A stretch of DNA of 64,000 nt from Paraphysomonas bandaiensis (Eukaryota; Protista; Chrysophyceae): NCBI GenBank assembly GCA_965644295.1, contig CBFFRP010000436.1, positions 1 to 64,000 of the forward strand. Direction: 5' to 3'. Numbering within the stretch: the first letter of the stretch is position 1; each line of letters starts with the position of its first letter. Positions 13,079 through 26,987 of this stretch are shown here, one piece after another. The notes below the pieces were generated by a model. That model did not search any database and was not told the DNA's origin. It saw only the letters and a list, made by a program, of their open reading frames with translations. A program made the position numbers and the translations under genes.

Positions 13079-14349
13079 TATGTGGATTCAGCTCTGCCAT
13101 ATAAGTTGTGATATTACACTTCATCGTTGTATCATGCTCGGCTTAGTGATTGGACATTGGGATGATTTTTAGTTTGCTAAAGATATGCATATTATAGCCA
13201 CTTGTATCGTAACATTTAAATTTTACGATTATATCTATACAAAATCTCTTGATCCTAACTGCGGAGTAAGTCGTCCCTGGCTGGGGTTATATAGCAAGTT
13301 GAAACTAGTTGTGTAAAACGTATATCATTTCTTTTATTACTACTTCTTGCATGTAGAATACACACTCGAATACCTCTTGTTAAATTTTGACATAGTTTAG
13401 ACTTTACCAACTGAATTCATCAAGTACTTACCACCTCAAACCATACATATTCTCTAGATCTTGAACATACACCATTTTACTTTTTACTGTGATATGATTC
13501 CTCCATATCGAGATGGGAGTTCCACGTTTCACTGCTCGCGCTATATATGATCTCGAGCTCATCGATAGATTCAACGTAGCGCATCCTAGCAGTCTATGAT
13601 GATACGGTTAGTTGTTAGTTGTCAACGTATTTCTCTGGGAAACTAACATGTGCTGCATATTATTATATATAGTCAACAGAAATTGTTCTGCCCACTCATA
13701 GCCTAATGCTTGTATGGTACAAGGGACACTAATAAGTTTCACTTGTGTAGTAGACTTTTTTGGGCCTCGACGAAAAAACAGGCATCTGAGATATTGGACT
13801 GCAAAAGACTACCATTGATGAACCAGTAATGGTTACGAGGCTCCGATCAGGTATATATCAACATTCTACTTGCTCATTGCGTTTGCTTTGAGTGATAGAA
13901 TTGGAAATTTCACTTAAGTTAACTTTGCTCTACACGTAAACCTTAACCTTGCATTTTGTTGAACATTTTCAAGTAAGAAAAATTATAATTATTAATCTAA
14001 ACACTTCACTACATATTCCTGTAACATCTGGTAAAAATCTGTTCTCAGCAACATCTGTTTATCATCTATCTGTTCACTGGTCGCTCCTATACCTTATATA
14101 GTCACACATCAGTAACTGAATTTAATTCCTTTGTAGCCATAATCACCCGTTACACCTACGAGTTGACTTCACCTACTGCACACTATTAACTCACACTTCA
14201 ATTGCACAATATAAATATCACATTAATATATTGCAGAACTTACACTCCCACTCAAGTGGATGTAGTGAAGAACATTGCTATCGGGTACGCAACTACCGAC
14301 CCTCGTTGGACAGAGCTGGACGTATGACTCCGCTGGTATAGCTCCCACC

Positions 14350-15250
14350 ATTCATTCACTCCAAACTAGTAATGACGAGCTCTTTACCTTGGGTACCTCT
14401 GCGATAATTTGTTCAGCAGTTTTAAATCTTTCCCCAAGATATCGCTCCCTCTGTTCAATAAATATTGGACCACATAAAGCCTTGTTGGAATATATATCAG
14501 CCATCTGTTGTCGACTGCTCACATGCATTAATTTCGCTGTTCGGAATCCACATGTTCTCTAATCATATGATACTTAATCTCAATATGTTTCGACCGTTGA
14601 TGTTGCACTGGATTTTCAGATATATCCTGAGAACTTTTCGACTATCCAGGAATTCGCAATAATATTGTTTTAGAAGTATTTATTGCGCAACAAGTTGCCC
14701 CTGCTACTTGTGCTTTGTAATATCATATTATATAGCTGCATTTACCTCTCTTGAGATTCTAAACGCTCCAACTGAATAGCCTGATTCTGGACACATTGCA
14801 TACGCATATCTAGCTATCTTTACGACTAATTCACCCCTGATCCATGTAAAATATAAAAAAGGGTCAAGTATACATAATATTATGGCATACATGATATAAA
14901 ATGCAATGACGTAATAAACTTATTACGACACCTATACCATGACCGTGGTGAGCTTCGAAGACCAATGATATAAACATATTTCCTCAGTTTATAGCAGTGT
15001 TCTGGTGGGAATTAAAATCTGGTGTGTAGCATATATACACATCTCCTTGTATATCTGCATACAAAAATGCTTTAGATACACCATTCTATTTTCATAACAT
15101 AAGCGATAGCTAAAAGCAATCTCACTGTTACCGCTTTTACCATTGGGGGGCATAGTTGTTAGCTCTACCATCTTTATGATCTCCACATCCAAGTACCGCA
15201 TGTCTTGCCTTATATCATACCCTCCTTTTGTTGCGTTTCAAGGTAAAGAC
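14350..15250 (-). mobile_element. Degenerate Ty1/copia pol relic (RT and RNase H fragments)
   Basis: Manual translation: VFTLKRN..YKAR, AFLYADIQGDVYI, CYKLRKYVYIIGLRSSPRSWY, ENPVQHQRSKHIEIKYHMIREHV, HVSSRQQMADIYSNKAL; frameshifts and large deletions. Confidence 0.88.
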
Positions 15251-15978
15251 ATACTTAGGATGCATGTAGTGACACTGGAATAGGGATGGGCTTAACATTC
15301 ATTACTTCCTTTCGTTTCAGTCCGTCACGTTGTCAATGGAGTGACACTGGTAGGGATGCTTGAGTTTTTCTTGCGTTTGTTTTGAATGATAGAGTGGTTG
15401 CACCTTGGTGCTTCCGGTGACACGCAAGCAGCTTTCGTAGCAGCGCTAAATACTAAATAGTAGGATATCAGACTTAAGCACTAGTTAGTTAAATTATTTT
15501 GCTACATTAGCTATGACGTTCTGACAATCATTATATATAGAGTATACAACTGCAAATCAATGTACATAAGGATTAATACAGAATTTATTGTCTACAATAC
15601 GTAAATGTATTGATTGAAATTGAAAAAGTTGTAGTTAGCGGGCCATATGAAAATAACTATAATAGAACATAAAACATTACATACTTAACGTTGTTATATG
15701 TTCAAAGACTAGATCCCACCCAAGTACTGTTCATTTCCGCATTTCGTGTTACGTGTAAACACGTCACAGCACAATGGACAACTTACAACGCCTTCAACAT
15801 TCGAGCAGACTTCTTCACATAAACGTAAATGTTTGCATAGAAGTAACATTACATTCTTTTCTCTTTCCTGCACATACACAACTCAAAATATGAGCACAGT
15901 TATGCAGTTATGAAGGAAGCATACAACATTACAAAATACACAAAACTTACGCTCATCCATCACTCCTGTCCAGACAGA

Positions 15979-18065
15979 TCATGCGGTAGCTTCATCAAGC
16001 TTCAACCTCTTCCTCTCTCTACCTGCCTATACAACATACACCAAAACTCAAAAACATTCTTCATACATACATACATCAACCATACGAATGATATAAAACA
16101 TATCATACCATATAACTACAACACCCCAGCACACAAATACCTCTGCAGAAGCGTCCACTTCCTGTGTCTGCCTCGCAGCCTATACAATACAACATATGAT
16201 TGCAATGAGGTTATATCTCTAGTTCTACGAATGCGATAAAGGATTCAGGGTACACACTAACATGTGCATTTCTGATGATCTCACGCATCGCATCATCCAC
16301 TGCCAAGTCAACAGGAGTCTTTCCCTTCTGCAAAAGTAACAATAAACATCATATAAAGAAGCGACAAAACGCATCGCCGCATATCCATATCATTTTTCAC
16401 ATATTGAGTCCTTGGGGTTAATATATGCATATTTATGTATGAGCCCTTAGAACAATTTAATTTATGTATGTATGTACTGTATATATATAGGCATGTAGTT
16501 ACGCATATATGTATATGTGTAGATCGGTTACTTACTTTGTCTCGTATACTAATATCTGCTCCTTCTCTTATAAGATGCTCAGCTATATCTCTGTGACCTC
16601 TAGAGGCAGCCAAGTGAAGAGATGTACAACCACCCTATAATACAATATTAGTAATCACATATGAGCCCTTAAAACACGGCGTCTATATACGTATGAAGAG
16701 GGTTTACTTACTTCGTCTCGTATATTAATATCAGCTCCTGCTCTTATAAGATACTCAGTCGTATCTCTCTGACCACTAACGGCAGCACAATGAAGAGCTG
16801 TCGAACCAGACTATGTATCAAAAGTAATCATACATGAGCCCTTCTAGTACTATATACATATATATATGTATGTGTAGAGGGGATACTTACTTCGTCTCCT
16901 ATATCGATGCCTACTCCTTCTCTTAAAAGATACTCAGCAATATCTCTGTGACCTTCAGAGGCAGCCGAATGAAGAGCTGTCCAACCATCCTATAAAACAA
17001 TAACATATGAGTATGTATGTATGTATGTATGTATGTATGTATGTATGTATGTATGTATGTATGTATGATAGAATGTATATATATGTATATGTGTAGATCG
17101 GTTACTTACTATGTCTCGTATACTAATATCTGCTCCTTCTCTTATAAGATGCTCAGCTATATCTCTGTGACCTCTAGAAGCAGCCAAGTGAAGAGATGTG
17201 CTACCATCCTATAAAATAATAATCACATATGAGCCCTTAAAACACTGCGTCTATATACGTGTGTAGAGGGTTTACTTACTCTGTCTTGTATATTAATATC
17301 AGCTCCTTCTCTTATAAGACACTCAGCTATTTCTCTCTGACCTTCCGATACAACCCAGTGAAGAGCTGTATCACCATCCTATCAAACAATATAATCACAA
17401 TATATAGATGTGTGTCTAGTGGGGGTTCCTTACTTTATTTTTAATATCAATATCTGCTCCTTCTCTTATAAGATACTCAATCATATCATAGTAACTACAA
17501 TATACAGCCAAGTGAAGAGCTGTACTACCCTCCTATGAACAATAATAATCATCACATATGAGCCCTTAGAACACTCTATGTGTGTATGTCTAGTGGGGTT
17601 ACTTACATCGGATCGTATATTAATATCTGCTCCTTCTTTTATAAGATACTCAGCTATGTCGCTGTAATATTCAGAGACAGCATAGTGAAGAGGTGTAACA
17701 CCACCAAACTATAAACAGTAATATTAATCACATATGAGCCCTCATAACACTGTATATATATGTATATATAACACTGTATGTATATATCTATGTATGTATA
17801 TGTATATATAGCACTGTATGTATGTATATTCATGCGTGTATGTGTATGTGTATGTATGTGTGTGTATGTATGTATGTGTATGTATGTGTGTGTATGTATG
17901 TATATTCATGCGTGTATGTATGTATGTGTGTGTATGTATGTGTGTGTGGTTTACATCACTCTGTATATCGATATCGTCACCTCTCTCAACACACTTCTTC
18001 ACTCTCTTCATATCACCCCCTCGAGCAGCTTTAAGTATAGCAGGCATATCAAAATCAGAAAACAT
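15979..18065 (-). CDS. Ankyrin-repeat protein 1 (~7 single-repeat exons plus cap exons and a short C-terminal tail)
   Basis: 99-nt phase-0 exons, e.g. GGCTSLHLAASRGHRDIAEHLIREGADISIRDK; GTAAG...ATAG introns; 3' end inferred. Confidence 0.88.
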
Positions 18066-18178
18066 TATTTACTAACAATCTACAATAGTCTTCAGTGAAT
18101 TAGAATGTATATCAATAAGTTCATACAGTGTTTAGTCTCTTAAGTGATGAAATCATGAGGAGTTAGCTACGAACTCTC

Positions 18179-18328
18179 GTATCAGCATCCTTTGTATATT
18201 TTTGTTCAAAGATGCCTCTAATATTGAGACAATAATTATATGTATTCCAACCGTAGTTGTATGTAAGTAATATAGAGTATATTTGCTTCAATTTATTATC
18301 GAAAAATAAGATGCTGTCAGCCTGATAC
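18179..18328 (+). repeat. ~150-bp dispersed MITE-like repeat (GTATC..GATAC ends)
   Basis: Core GCCTCTAATATTGAGACAATAATTAT..GTATT.CA.CCGTAGTT shared with 47857, 48322 and 52095. Confidence 0.8.
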
Positions 18329-19574
18329 GCCTATAGCTGTAAGGATATTTCAGGTAGTTCGATCTCGTATAACAAAATACAGGCTTTTTTGATACATGCT
18401 GTTTTTTGATGACTACTATATTTCGCTAATAACGAAAAAAGGTCGATTTTTTTGCTGGATCGATGTACAGTATATTTTTTGCAGTAGGATCGTGGGTTCC
18501 AGTGTATTTTATCTAGTACGTACAGTGTATATAAGGCTTCAACATTAAAACTAAAAACTGAAAACTGAAAAACACTCAACTGCTCATATATACTCTCCAT
18601 ACAATATACCCACACACCAATGCAGAGCATCTATAGTACGCTCTTCAGGATATATCAGCATCATCTGACGCTGTTCTGAGGGTAATGCAGAGAGAATTGT
18701 GTGTGCATGATGCCAATTGCATAAGTCTCTCTCCATTGCACCTACTGTCTCTTTAGAGAACAACATATGCAACTGACTGGCTTCAAGTATATATATTGCA
18801 GGTAGAGATTTCGAGTGACGTACCTTGGGTGGCTTGATGTTGATGACTGCCTAGAGTAGCCGCAGGTAAGCAATCCAATGTGTATGTGACTTGTTGTTAT
18901 TCTGTGACTCGTAGATAGATCATTGTCCGTTCCACGTAACTGATCATCTTGCGTTGTTTGCTATCCTTCTTCTGTTGTTGAATCTCTTAGTGTTGCGGAA
19001 TGTTTCTTGCTATTACAAATTGCTACAATATAAACCCCCTCTCCTCACGAGTACCCGTCCACATTTCTGTCAAAACTGATTGCAAGACTGTATGCTTGAG
19101 AGCTGGGGAGGCCCTCTCCTTACGACGACGCACGCTAGGGCATCATGCTAAAGGGTAATGGGAAATGACATCACTGAACAACACTTTCGCTCTATCCTTA
19201 GATTATAAGTTAGAAACATAAAGGAACATACTATAATAAACATATTATCAATATCACTTGTCAATCGCCAAATTCATGTTGTCTCAACTACCAACCATTT
19301 CCACACAATCTTAAACATCACGATCTTATACGGTCAATATATTTCAGTTTCACTACCACGATTGCTATTATGACATGAGTTTTCATGTTCTCATTATAAG
19401 TTAACCTCTGTATTCTTCCACTAACAGTCATAAGTCATATATCTTTAAACTACAGCTTTCAATTGCTTTCAAATAGCAGAGCTCCACAAAGGGGATTTCC
19501 TTGAGAGCATCGCGGCAACCGGCAACCAAGAGGAGCATTAACCAGGTTGGCTCCCACCCTGAGCGGTGCACCAC

Positions 19575-20333
19575 CAGGGCTGCGTAACAATTAATTGAAT
19601 TGCAATTAAATTTCATGGAACATACGTAATAATTGCAATTATAATTGCTCGCTGTAAGGTTGCAATTAAATTGCAATTAATTGGCAATTATTAACTATAT
19701 AGTATAAGAGCATATAATATTAGAATTAGAAGTTGCAAAACATTAAGGACGATGGCCATTGATTGCCCTTAATGGCTATTACAATAGTGGGAAGGTTGGC
19801 CTCTCATTATAACGTTTTCTTTACATTAAGAAAGGTACTGTTTTTTTAAACGGTCGATTATGTGTCTTTCCTCTTGATTTTGAGCTACAAAACTTAGTTC
19901 ACTTAGTTCAGCTCGATCCATAGCGTATATGTAATGCTCAATACCCCTTTAGTTGAAGATATATATAGTGTGGCAATCATGTTCTTCCGATCTTGGATGC
20001 CTTACAGGACACTGCAGGGTTAAATTACACTACGAACTGGATGTGCAGCGCTATGGACATGGATTATCAGGGCTTTCTACTGTTTTTTGCAGACAAAAAC
20101 CTGGATATTTAGAGTTTTGACCATGTAAATATCATACTCTGTCAATAATATCATCATACTGTTGAAGATGCTATACGTGTTTGTAATGAGTAACCAAGTT
20201 AATTAGACAATAATTGGCACAATTAAATTGCAATTAATTGCAGTTATAATTGCGCGAGCTATAACTAATAATTGCAATTTAATTTCAAAAAAACATTTGC
20301 AATTAAATTGCAATTAATTGTGACGCAGCCCTG
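19575..20333. mobile_element. Non-autonomous hAT-like element
   Basis: TIR CAGGGCTGCGT(A/C)ACAATTAATTG; 8-bp TSD tGCACCAC/cGCACCAC; subterminal TGCAATTA repeats; interrupts an unknown ORF continuing at 20334-20756. Confidence 0.88.
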
Positions 20334-20893
20334 CGCACCACTGATGAAACTGAATGGACATATGAAGACAAAGGAATTTACATAGCAGACGCGGCCGCAG
20401 GTAGTAACTGGTTAGAGATGGATCGCATGCTAGGCCGTCACAATTACACTTTCTGTGAAATAGATGTTGCCCGAGCCAAAGAACGCATTCTCAACTCCGG
20501 AATATGGCACTGGCATCTTTTTGAAACACGCCGGCCGTGCGTCACACACCCCATGATTATTGATTTTCAAACTCTTTCTGACCAAGTAACGCTCGAGTAT
20601 TATACTACTCTTCAATACGGCCATAGTCTTGATCGCGCACCTGGTAACTGGAGAAAGAGTTCATCTAGCTACTTATCTGGTCCTGATTCTCGACGCCAAT
20701 TGCTAGTAATAAGACTTCTATATATAGTCATGATGGCAAGGCTCAGTCACCCGTAGTCGTTACATTAGTTCTCATAACACAGTTAACCAATGCTGTATAC
20801 TTCAAATACCTAAGTACTACAGCTTTCAATCTCTTACAAAACAGCTACATCTGTAATATTGGGGTGTTACATATATTACAATTGCTTATCAAC

Positions 20894-21760
20894 GTACATA
20901 AGGATTTATACAGAATTATTGTCTACAATACGTAAATGTATTGATTGAAATTGAAAAAGTTGTAGTTAGCGGGCCATATGAAAATAACTATTATAGAACA
21001 TAAAACATTACATACTTAACGTTGTTATATACTTCAAAGACTAGACCCACCCAAATACTGTTCATTTACGCATTTCGTGTTAATTGTATACACGAAGTCG
21101 CTGTACTATGGGTTCACAGCACAATGGACAACTTATACATTCGAGCAGACTTCTTCACATAAACGTAAATGTTTGCATAGAAGTAACATTACATTCCTTT
21201 CTCTTTCCTGCATATACACAACTCAAAATATGAGCACAGTTATGCAGTTATGAAGGAAGCATACAACATTACAAAATACACAAAACTTACGCTCATCCAT
21301 CACTCCTGTCCAGACAGATCATGCGGTAGCTTCATCAAACTTCAACCTCTTCCCGTCTCTCTCTACCTATACAATGCACACCAAAACTCAAAAACACTCT
21401 TCATACATACATACATACATACATACATACATACATACATAAAAATATTCTTCATACATACATACATCAACCATACGAATGATATAAAACATATCATACC
21501 ATATAACTACAACACCAGCACACACATACCTCTGCAGAAGCGTCCACTTCCTGTGTCTGCCTCGCAGCCTATACAATACAAAATATGATTGCAATGAGGT
21601 TATATCTCTAGTTCTACGAATGCGATAAAGGTTTCGGGATACATACTAACATGTGCATTTCTGATGAGCTCACGAATCGTATTATTTCTTGCCAAGTCAA
21701 CAGGAGTCTTTCCTTTCTGCAAAAAGTAACAATAAACATCATACAAAGAAGCGACACAAA
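20894..21760. repeat. Duplicate of ~15563-16370 (3' exons and UTR shared by both ankyrin genes)
   Basis: Long near-identical direct repeat. Confidence 0.9.
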
Positions 21761-24441
21761 CCAAGCTGCATATCCATAATGAGTCTTTGGGGTTTATATA
21801 TGCTATCTCATGGGTGAGCACATAGAACACTGCATGTCCATCTATGTACGTGTGTGTAGAGGGTTACGTACTTTGTTTCGTACACTAATATCTGCTCCTT
21901 CTCTTAAAAGACACTCAACTATATCTCTGTGACCTCTAGAGGCAGCCAAGTGAAGAGCTGTACAACCCTTCTGTAAAACAATAGTAATCACATATGAGTC
22001 CTATGACACGATATGTATATATATGTGTGTGTATATATGTGTGTATAGAGGGGTTACTTACCTTGTCTCGTACATGAATATCTGCTCCTTCACTTATAAG
22101 ATACTCAGCAATATCTCTGTCATTATTATACACAGCATAGTGGAGTGCTGCATCACCATCCTATAAAACAATAACAGTAATCAAATATGAGCCCTTAAAG
22201 CACTGTATGCATATATACGTGTGTATAGAGGGATTACTTACATTGTTCTGTATATTAATATCTGCTCCTTCTCTTATAAGAAACTCAGCTATATCTCTCA
22301 GACATTTAAAGACAGCGAAGTGAAGAATTGTCCAGCCACCCTATAGAACAAAAAATAATCTCATACGAGCCCTATTGACACCGTATGTATATGTATGTAT
22401 AATTATATGCCGTGTGTTTATATATGTATATATGTGTATATATGATTGAATGTATATATGCATGTATATAAGTGTAGAGGGTTACTTACATTGTCTCGTA
22501 CATGAATATCTGCTCCTTCACTTATGAGATACTCCGCTGTATCTCTGTGACGATTTGAGACTGCACACCGAAGAGCTGTTTCACCATCCTATAAAACAAA
22601 AAATAATAGTCACATAATCCCATATGACAGGATATTTATGCACATGTATGTATGTATGTGCGAAGAGGGGCTACTGACATTGTTTCGTATACGGATATCT
22701 GCTCCTTCTCTTATAAGACACTCCGCTGTATCTCTGTGACCTCCAGAGGCAGCCAACTGAAGAGCTGTAGAACCATTCTATGAAAACAAATCACATAAGA
22801 CCCTTTACAACATGATATATATGAGGGGCTAGTTACATTGGTTTGTATATGAATATCTGCTCCTTCTCTTAGAAGATACTCAGCTATATCTCTATGACCT
22901 CTAGAAGCAGCCAAGTGAAAAGCTGTCCAACCATTCTATACGACAAAATAATCATTTATGAGACCTATTACAGGATATGAATGTATATATATGTGTAGAG
23001 GGGTTACTTACTCTGTCTCCAATAGTAATATCTGCTCCTGCTCTTATAAGATACTCAGCTGTATCTCTGTCACCTTTAGAGACAGCCAACTGAAGAGCTG
23101 TCCTACCATCCTAACAAACAAAAACAATTATACGTATGCGCCCATATGACAGGATATGTATGCATATATTCACTTATGTTAATATAATATGTATGTGAGT
23201 ATATATATATGTATCTATAGAGGAGTTACTTTGTCTCGTATATTAATATCTGCTCCTGCTCTTATAAGATACTCAGCTGTATCTCTGTCACCTTTAGAGA
23301 CAGCCAACTGAAGAGCTGTCTTACCATCCTATCAAACAAAAATAAGTATCACGTATATAGCCCTTATGACAGGATAGGTCTGCATATATACTAACGTAAA
23401 TATCATATGTATGCATGCATATATGATGATGAATATATGTGTATGTATTTATGTATAGAGGGGATAATTACATTATTGTTTTGTTTATTAATATCTGCTC
23501 CTTCTCTTATAAGATACTCAGCTATATCTCTGTGACCTTTAGATACAGCCCAGTTAAGAGGTGTCCTGCCAAACTATAAAAACAAAATATTAATCAAAAA
23601 TTAGCCTTTATAACACTATATACATGCATGTGTGACATATTCCGAAAGCACGCCCTCGTAAAGTGCTAGTGTTGATAAAACTCAGTATCTATGTATGTAT
23701 CTATGTCAAGTGGGGTTACTTACTCTGTCTCCAATAGTAATATCTGCTCCTTCTCTTATAAGATACTCAGTTAAGTCTCTGTAACCTTCAGAGACAGCAC
23801 GCCAAAGAGCTGTTTCACCATCCTATGAACAATAACAATCACATATGAGCCTTCATGACACTGTACGTACATGTATATCTATATAGGTATACGCTACGTG
23901 TGTGTGTACATGTATATCTGTTTCTTATATGTCAAGTGTATATATATGTATGTGTTACTTACTTTGCTTCGTGTATGTATGTCTGCTCCTGCTCTTATAA
24001 GATACTCAACCATACCTCTCTGACCATTAGATACAGCCAACTGAAGAGCTGTCCAACCTAACTATAAAACAACATCAATAATCACATATGAACCTTCATA
24101 ACACTGTATATATATGTATGTTTATGGAGGGGTTACTTACTTTGTTTTGTGTATGTATATCTGCTCCTGCTCTTATGAGATACTCAGCTATGTCTCTGTG
24201 TCCATGGTAGATAGCCACGTTAAGAGCTGTTCTACCAAACTATAAAACAATAATCACATATGAGCCCTCATAACCCTGTATATAAAACACTGTATGTATG
24301 TATGTATGTATGTATGTATGTATGTAGGTAGGTAGGTAGGTGGCTTACCCCATCTCGTGTATTGATATTATCACCCCTCTCAACACACGACTTCACTCTA
24401 TCGATATCACCTCTCACCGTATATATAATAATATCAGGCAT
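21319..24441 (-). CDS. Ankyrin-repeat protein 2 (~12 single-repeat exons plus caps)
   Basis: MPDIIIYTVRGDIDRVKSCVERGDNINTRDG followed by ~99-nt phase-0 exons xGxTALxLAVSxGxRDxAEYLIRxGADI; paralog of gene 1. Confidence 0.88.
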
Positions 24442-25013
24442 CTTTATATATATGAACAGAAGTGAAGTGAATTGAAGTAAACAGAAGTGAAATGAAGTGA
24501 ATTGAAGTCAAATTTATGTGAAGTGAAGTGCAGTGAAGTGAAGAAGTATATATATAGAGAGAGTGTGTGTGTGTGAGAGGTGGCGTGATTACACACAGCA
24601 CAACAAAACAAAAAAAGCAAGATACCATTTGACAGACATCAAGACATGTGTAGGAATTCCTACTGCTGTGTATCGGACTATACAGCAGTATTTGTATGCT
24701 GTTTTTTGATGGCCAAAATATTCACAAAAAGGCTGATTTTTTCACCTAATCGACACATTGCTGTATACTATTCGTACACTATATACTGTATATCGTACTT
24801 CAGAGGTTTTTTGTATAAGAGTTGACAAAAGTAGGATATTTTTCCTAGTTTTCAGTCTTCGAGTTTCGTGTTTTCAGTTTGATTTCGACTTGAACTTCAT
24901 TCGTTTTTTCAGTCTCACTTCCACTTCGTCTTGTCGAAACTATGTAAAATTCTTGGTCAAAATATCTGCTACAATAAGACGCATAGTTATCAAATTTTTA
25001 CAAGGATCATATT

Positions 25014-25349
25014 ATGCTTTTTGATGAACCAGCAAGAACTCCCTTAGAACTTAATAAACACATGATTCAATGCATTAATAATGGGTTAAAAAGAGACGTT
25101 GAACAGATGCTTAAAGAAGGAATTGTGGATCCCAATTTTACAGAAAACAAACAGGAACATCCCTTGCTTGTTGCAGCAGATCGAAATGATGTAAAAATGA
25201 TGGAAATATTAATTCAACATGGTGCTGATGTAAATCAGTGTGTTACCTCTTCGGGTAAATCCAGGTTATTAATGTTAGCTGAGTACTATGAAAATGAATC
25301 AATGGCTGAATTAATCAATAATGCGAGCAATTCACCAGCTCCCAGGTAA
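25014..25349 (+). CDS. Small bacterial ankyrin-repeat protein (effector-like)
   Basis: HPLLVAADRNDVKMMEILIQHGADVNQ; AAGGA RBS upstream; no introns. Confidence 0.8.
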   Translation: MLFDEPARTPLELNKHMIQCINNGLKRDVEQMLKEGIVDPNFTENKQEHPLLVAADRNDVKMMEILIQHGADVNQCVTSSGKSRLLMLAEYYENESMAELINNASNSPAPR

Positions 25350-25388
25350 TATTTTAAATTGATAATTCATTGATGAAAGGACTCATTA

Positions 25389-26987
25389 ATGCCGAAAAGA
25401 GATCGTGTGACCATTAGTTTATTTAGTGTCGAAAAAGATGGGGGCTTTAACCGTTCTGCATTAGGTGAAATTAATAATATCAAAGTAATGAAGGAACGCT
25501 TAGCAGAAGAGGCACTTAGGCAAGGAAGAATGCCACCTGAAATAGTTGTGTCTGAATTACTTATTCCTAATTGGAAAACTGGTAGCAGTTTTGAAGACAG
25601 TAGCTATAGGCACCTAGAAGCTGAGTTTTATAGTGAATTAAGAGAAACATTAGATGGTGCAGGGTTGCAAGATGTTGTTCTGAATAATTTTCACAACAAA
25701 GCAGGCCCCGAAGAGCTTGGATATTTGAATGGTTTACAAGCAAGAGGAAGTAATGCCGATATGATTAAGACACATGCCATCATTGACCCAGATAATGTTG
25801 GACGTCGGCATTTACAAATCGATAGTAATACAAAAATTCATGACTACGAAGGTTTTTATCGAGCTACATTTGGTGCAGAGACACAAAGAGATGAATTGGT
25901 TGGGTTAAACGCTAGTTATTATGACAAGGATTATGTTTCTGCACATAATAAAGTTGTTTATACTAATCCTGACAGTGAGCTGATAGCAGCATTGACTGAA
26001 ACACATTTTGCTTATTGTGAAAAGCATAAAGATGATCACTTATCACCTGAAAAGGAAATAGAAAAAATATCTAAGAACTCAATATATTCAAAAGACTTTG
26101 TTGTTGCGCTTGAGAAAATAGGTTTGACGAAACCATTGGTAAATTTAGAGGGTAAAAAAATATATCCAGCGGTAATGAGCAGGGATGAGTATAGATTAAC
26201 CGCAACGGTTGTAACGGCCGTCAACATGTCTTGGCGAGATGGTACTGATGACTCAAGTAAGTTAAAAACATTGCCTGCTGTGAAGGTGGGGGATGCCATG
26301 TGTGATTATGCAAGTTTTGTAATAGCAGTGAAAAAGAATGTGGGGAATTTAGGGCTGCATAAATTTGCAGGAGATTCCGCTACTTTAGCTGCCAATGCAG
26401 AGAATACAACAGTTTTAAAGGAGGACTCCGAACCACGGAGAGAGTTGCAAAGCATTTCTAACTTAGTTGTTGATGATGCCATTATTACAAGATTTTATGA
26501 TAACGCCGTCGATCTCGTTGAGGGCAATGCCGACTTGTCACCAGAGGAAAAAAGAGAGACATTGGTGGCACTGGCTTCTAAAATCCCTCCTACTCCTAGA
26601 GGCAATGCTTTAATAAACAGGTTATTTGGTTGCACGGTTTCAGAGTTAATTGAAAATCCATTTCAAAAATCAAAGCAATTTGAAATACCTTCTTTAATGG
26701 AATATAGAGAAGAAGAATTAATGAGATTGGATACACGGATAGAAGCGCTACGACATCAGACAAGGACGCCAGTGGAGAGGTGCCACACGTTAGAACTTGC
26801 TAGAGAACTAACAGATGCCAAAAGAGAAATGGTTTCAGTATTAAGAGAACACAGATTTGATAGATTCAGTACTGATGAATTAAGAGAACAATATAGGATC
26901 TGTGATGATAAAGCTGAAGGACGAGTATCAGCACTCCCTAAACAGAGCGAAGAAGCAAAGATCCAAAGAACTTTGTTGTTCAAATAG
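25389..26987 (+). CDS. Bacterial hypothetical protein (effector-like), probably cut at the junction at ~26980
   Basis: 532-aa intronless ORF with AAGGA RBS; last codons and stop come from the antisense strand of the sucC fragment. Confidence 0.7.
   Translation: MPKRDRVTISLFSVEKDGGFNRSALGEINNIKVMKERLAEEALRQGRMPPEIVVSELLIPNWKTGSSFEDSSYRHLEAEFYSELRETLDGAGLQDVVLNNFHNKAGPEELGYLNGLQARGSNADMIKTHAIIDPDNVGRRHLQIDSNTKIHDYEGFYRATFGAETQRDELVGLNASYYDKDYVSAHNKVVYTNPDSELIAALTETHFAYCEKHKDDHLSPEKEIEKISKNSIYSKDFVVALEKIGLTKPLVNLEGKKIYPAVMSRDEYRLTATVVTAVNMSWRDGTDDSSKLKTLPAVKVGDAMCDYASFVIAVKKNVGNLGLHKFAGDSATLAANAENTTVLKEDSEPRRELQSISNLVVDDAIITRFYDNAVDLVEGNADLSPEEKRETLVALASKIPPTPRGNALINRLFGCTVSELIENPFQKSKQFEIPSLMEYREEELMRLDTRIEALRHQTRTPVERCHTLELARELTDAKREMVSVLREHRFDRFSTDELREQYRICDDKAEGRVSALPKQSEEAKIQRTLLFK

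Noticed and set aside
17742-18098. MYVC/HTY-rich ORFs
   Set aside because: Intronic microsatellite read-through; only the first ~37 codons of 17742..18065 are a real exon
25014-25349. Bacterial ank gene as progenitor of the adjacent host ankyrin arrays
   Set aside because: Only generic ankyrin consensus is shared; no nucleotide similarity seen
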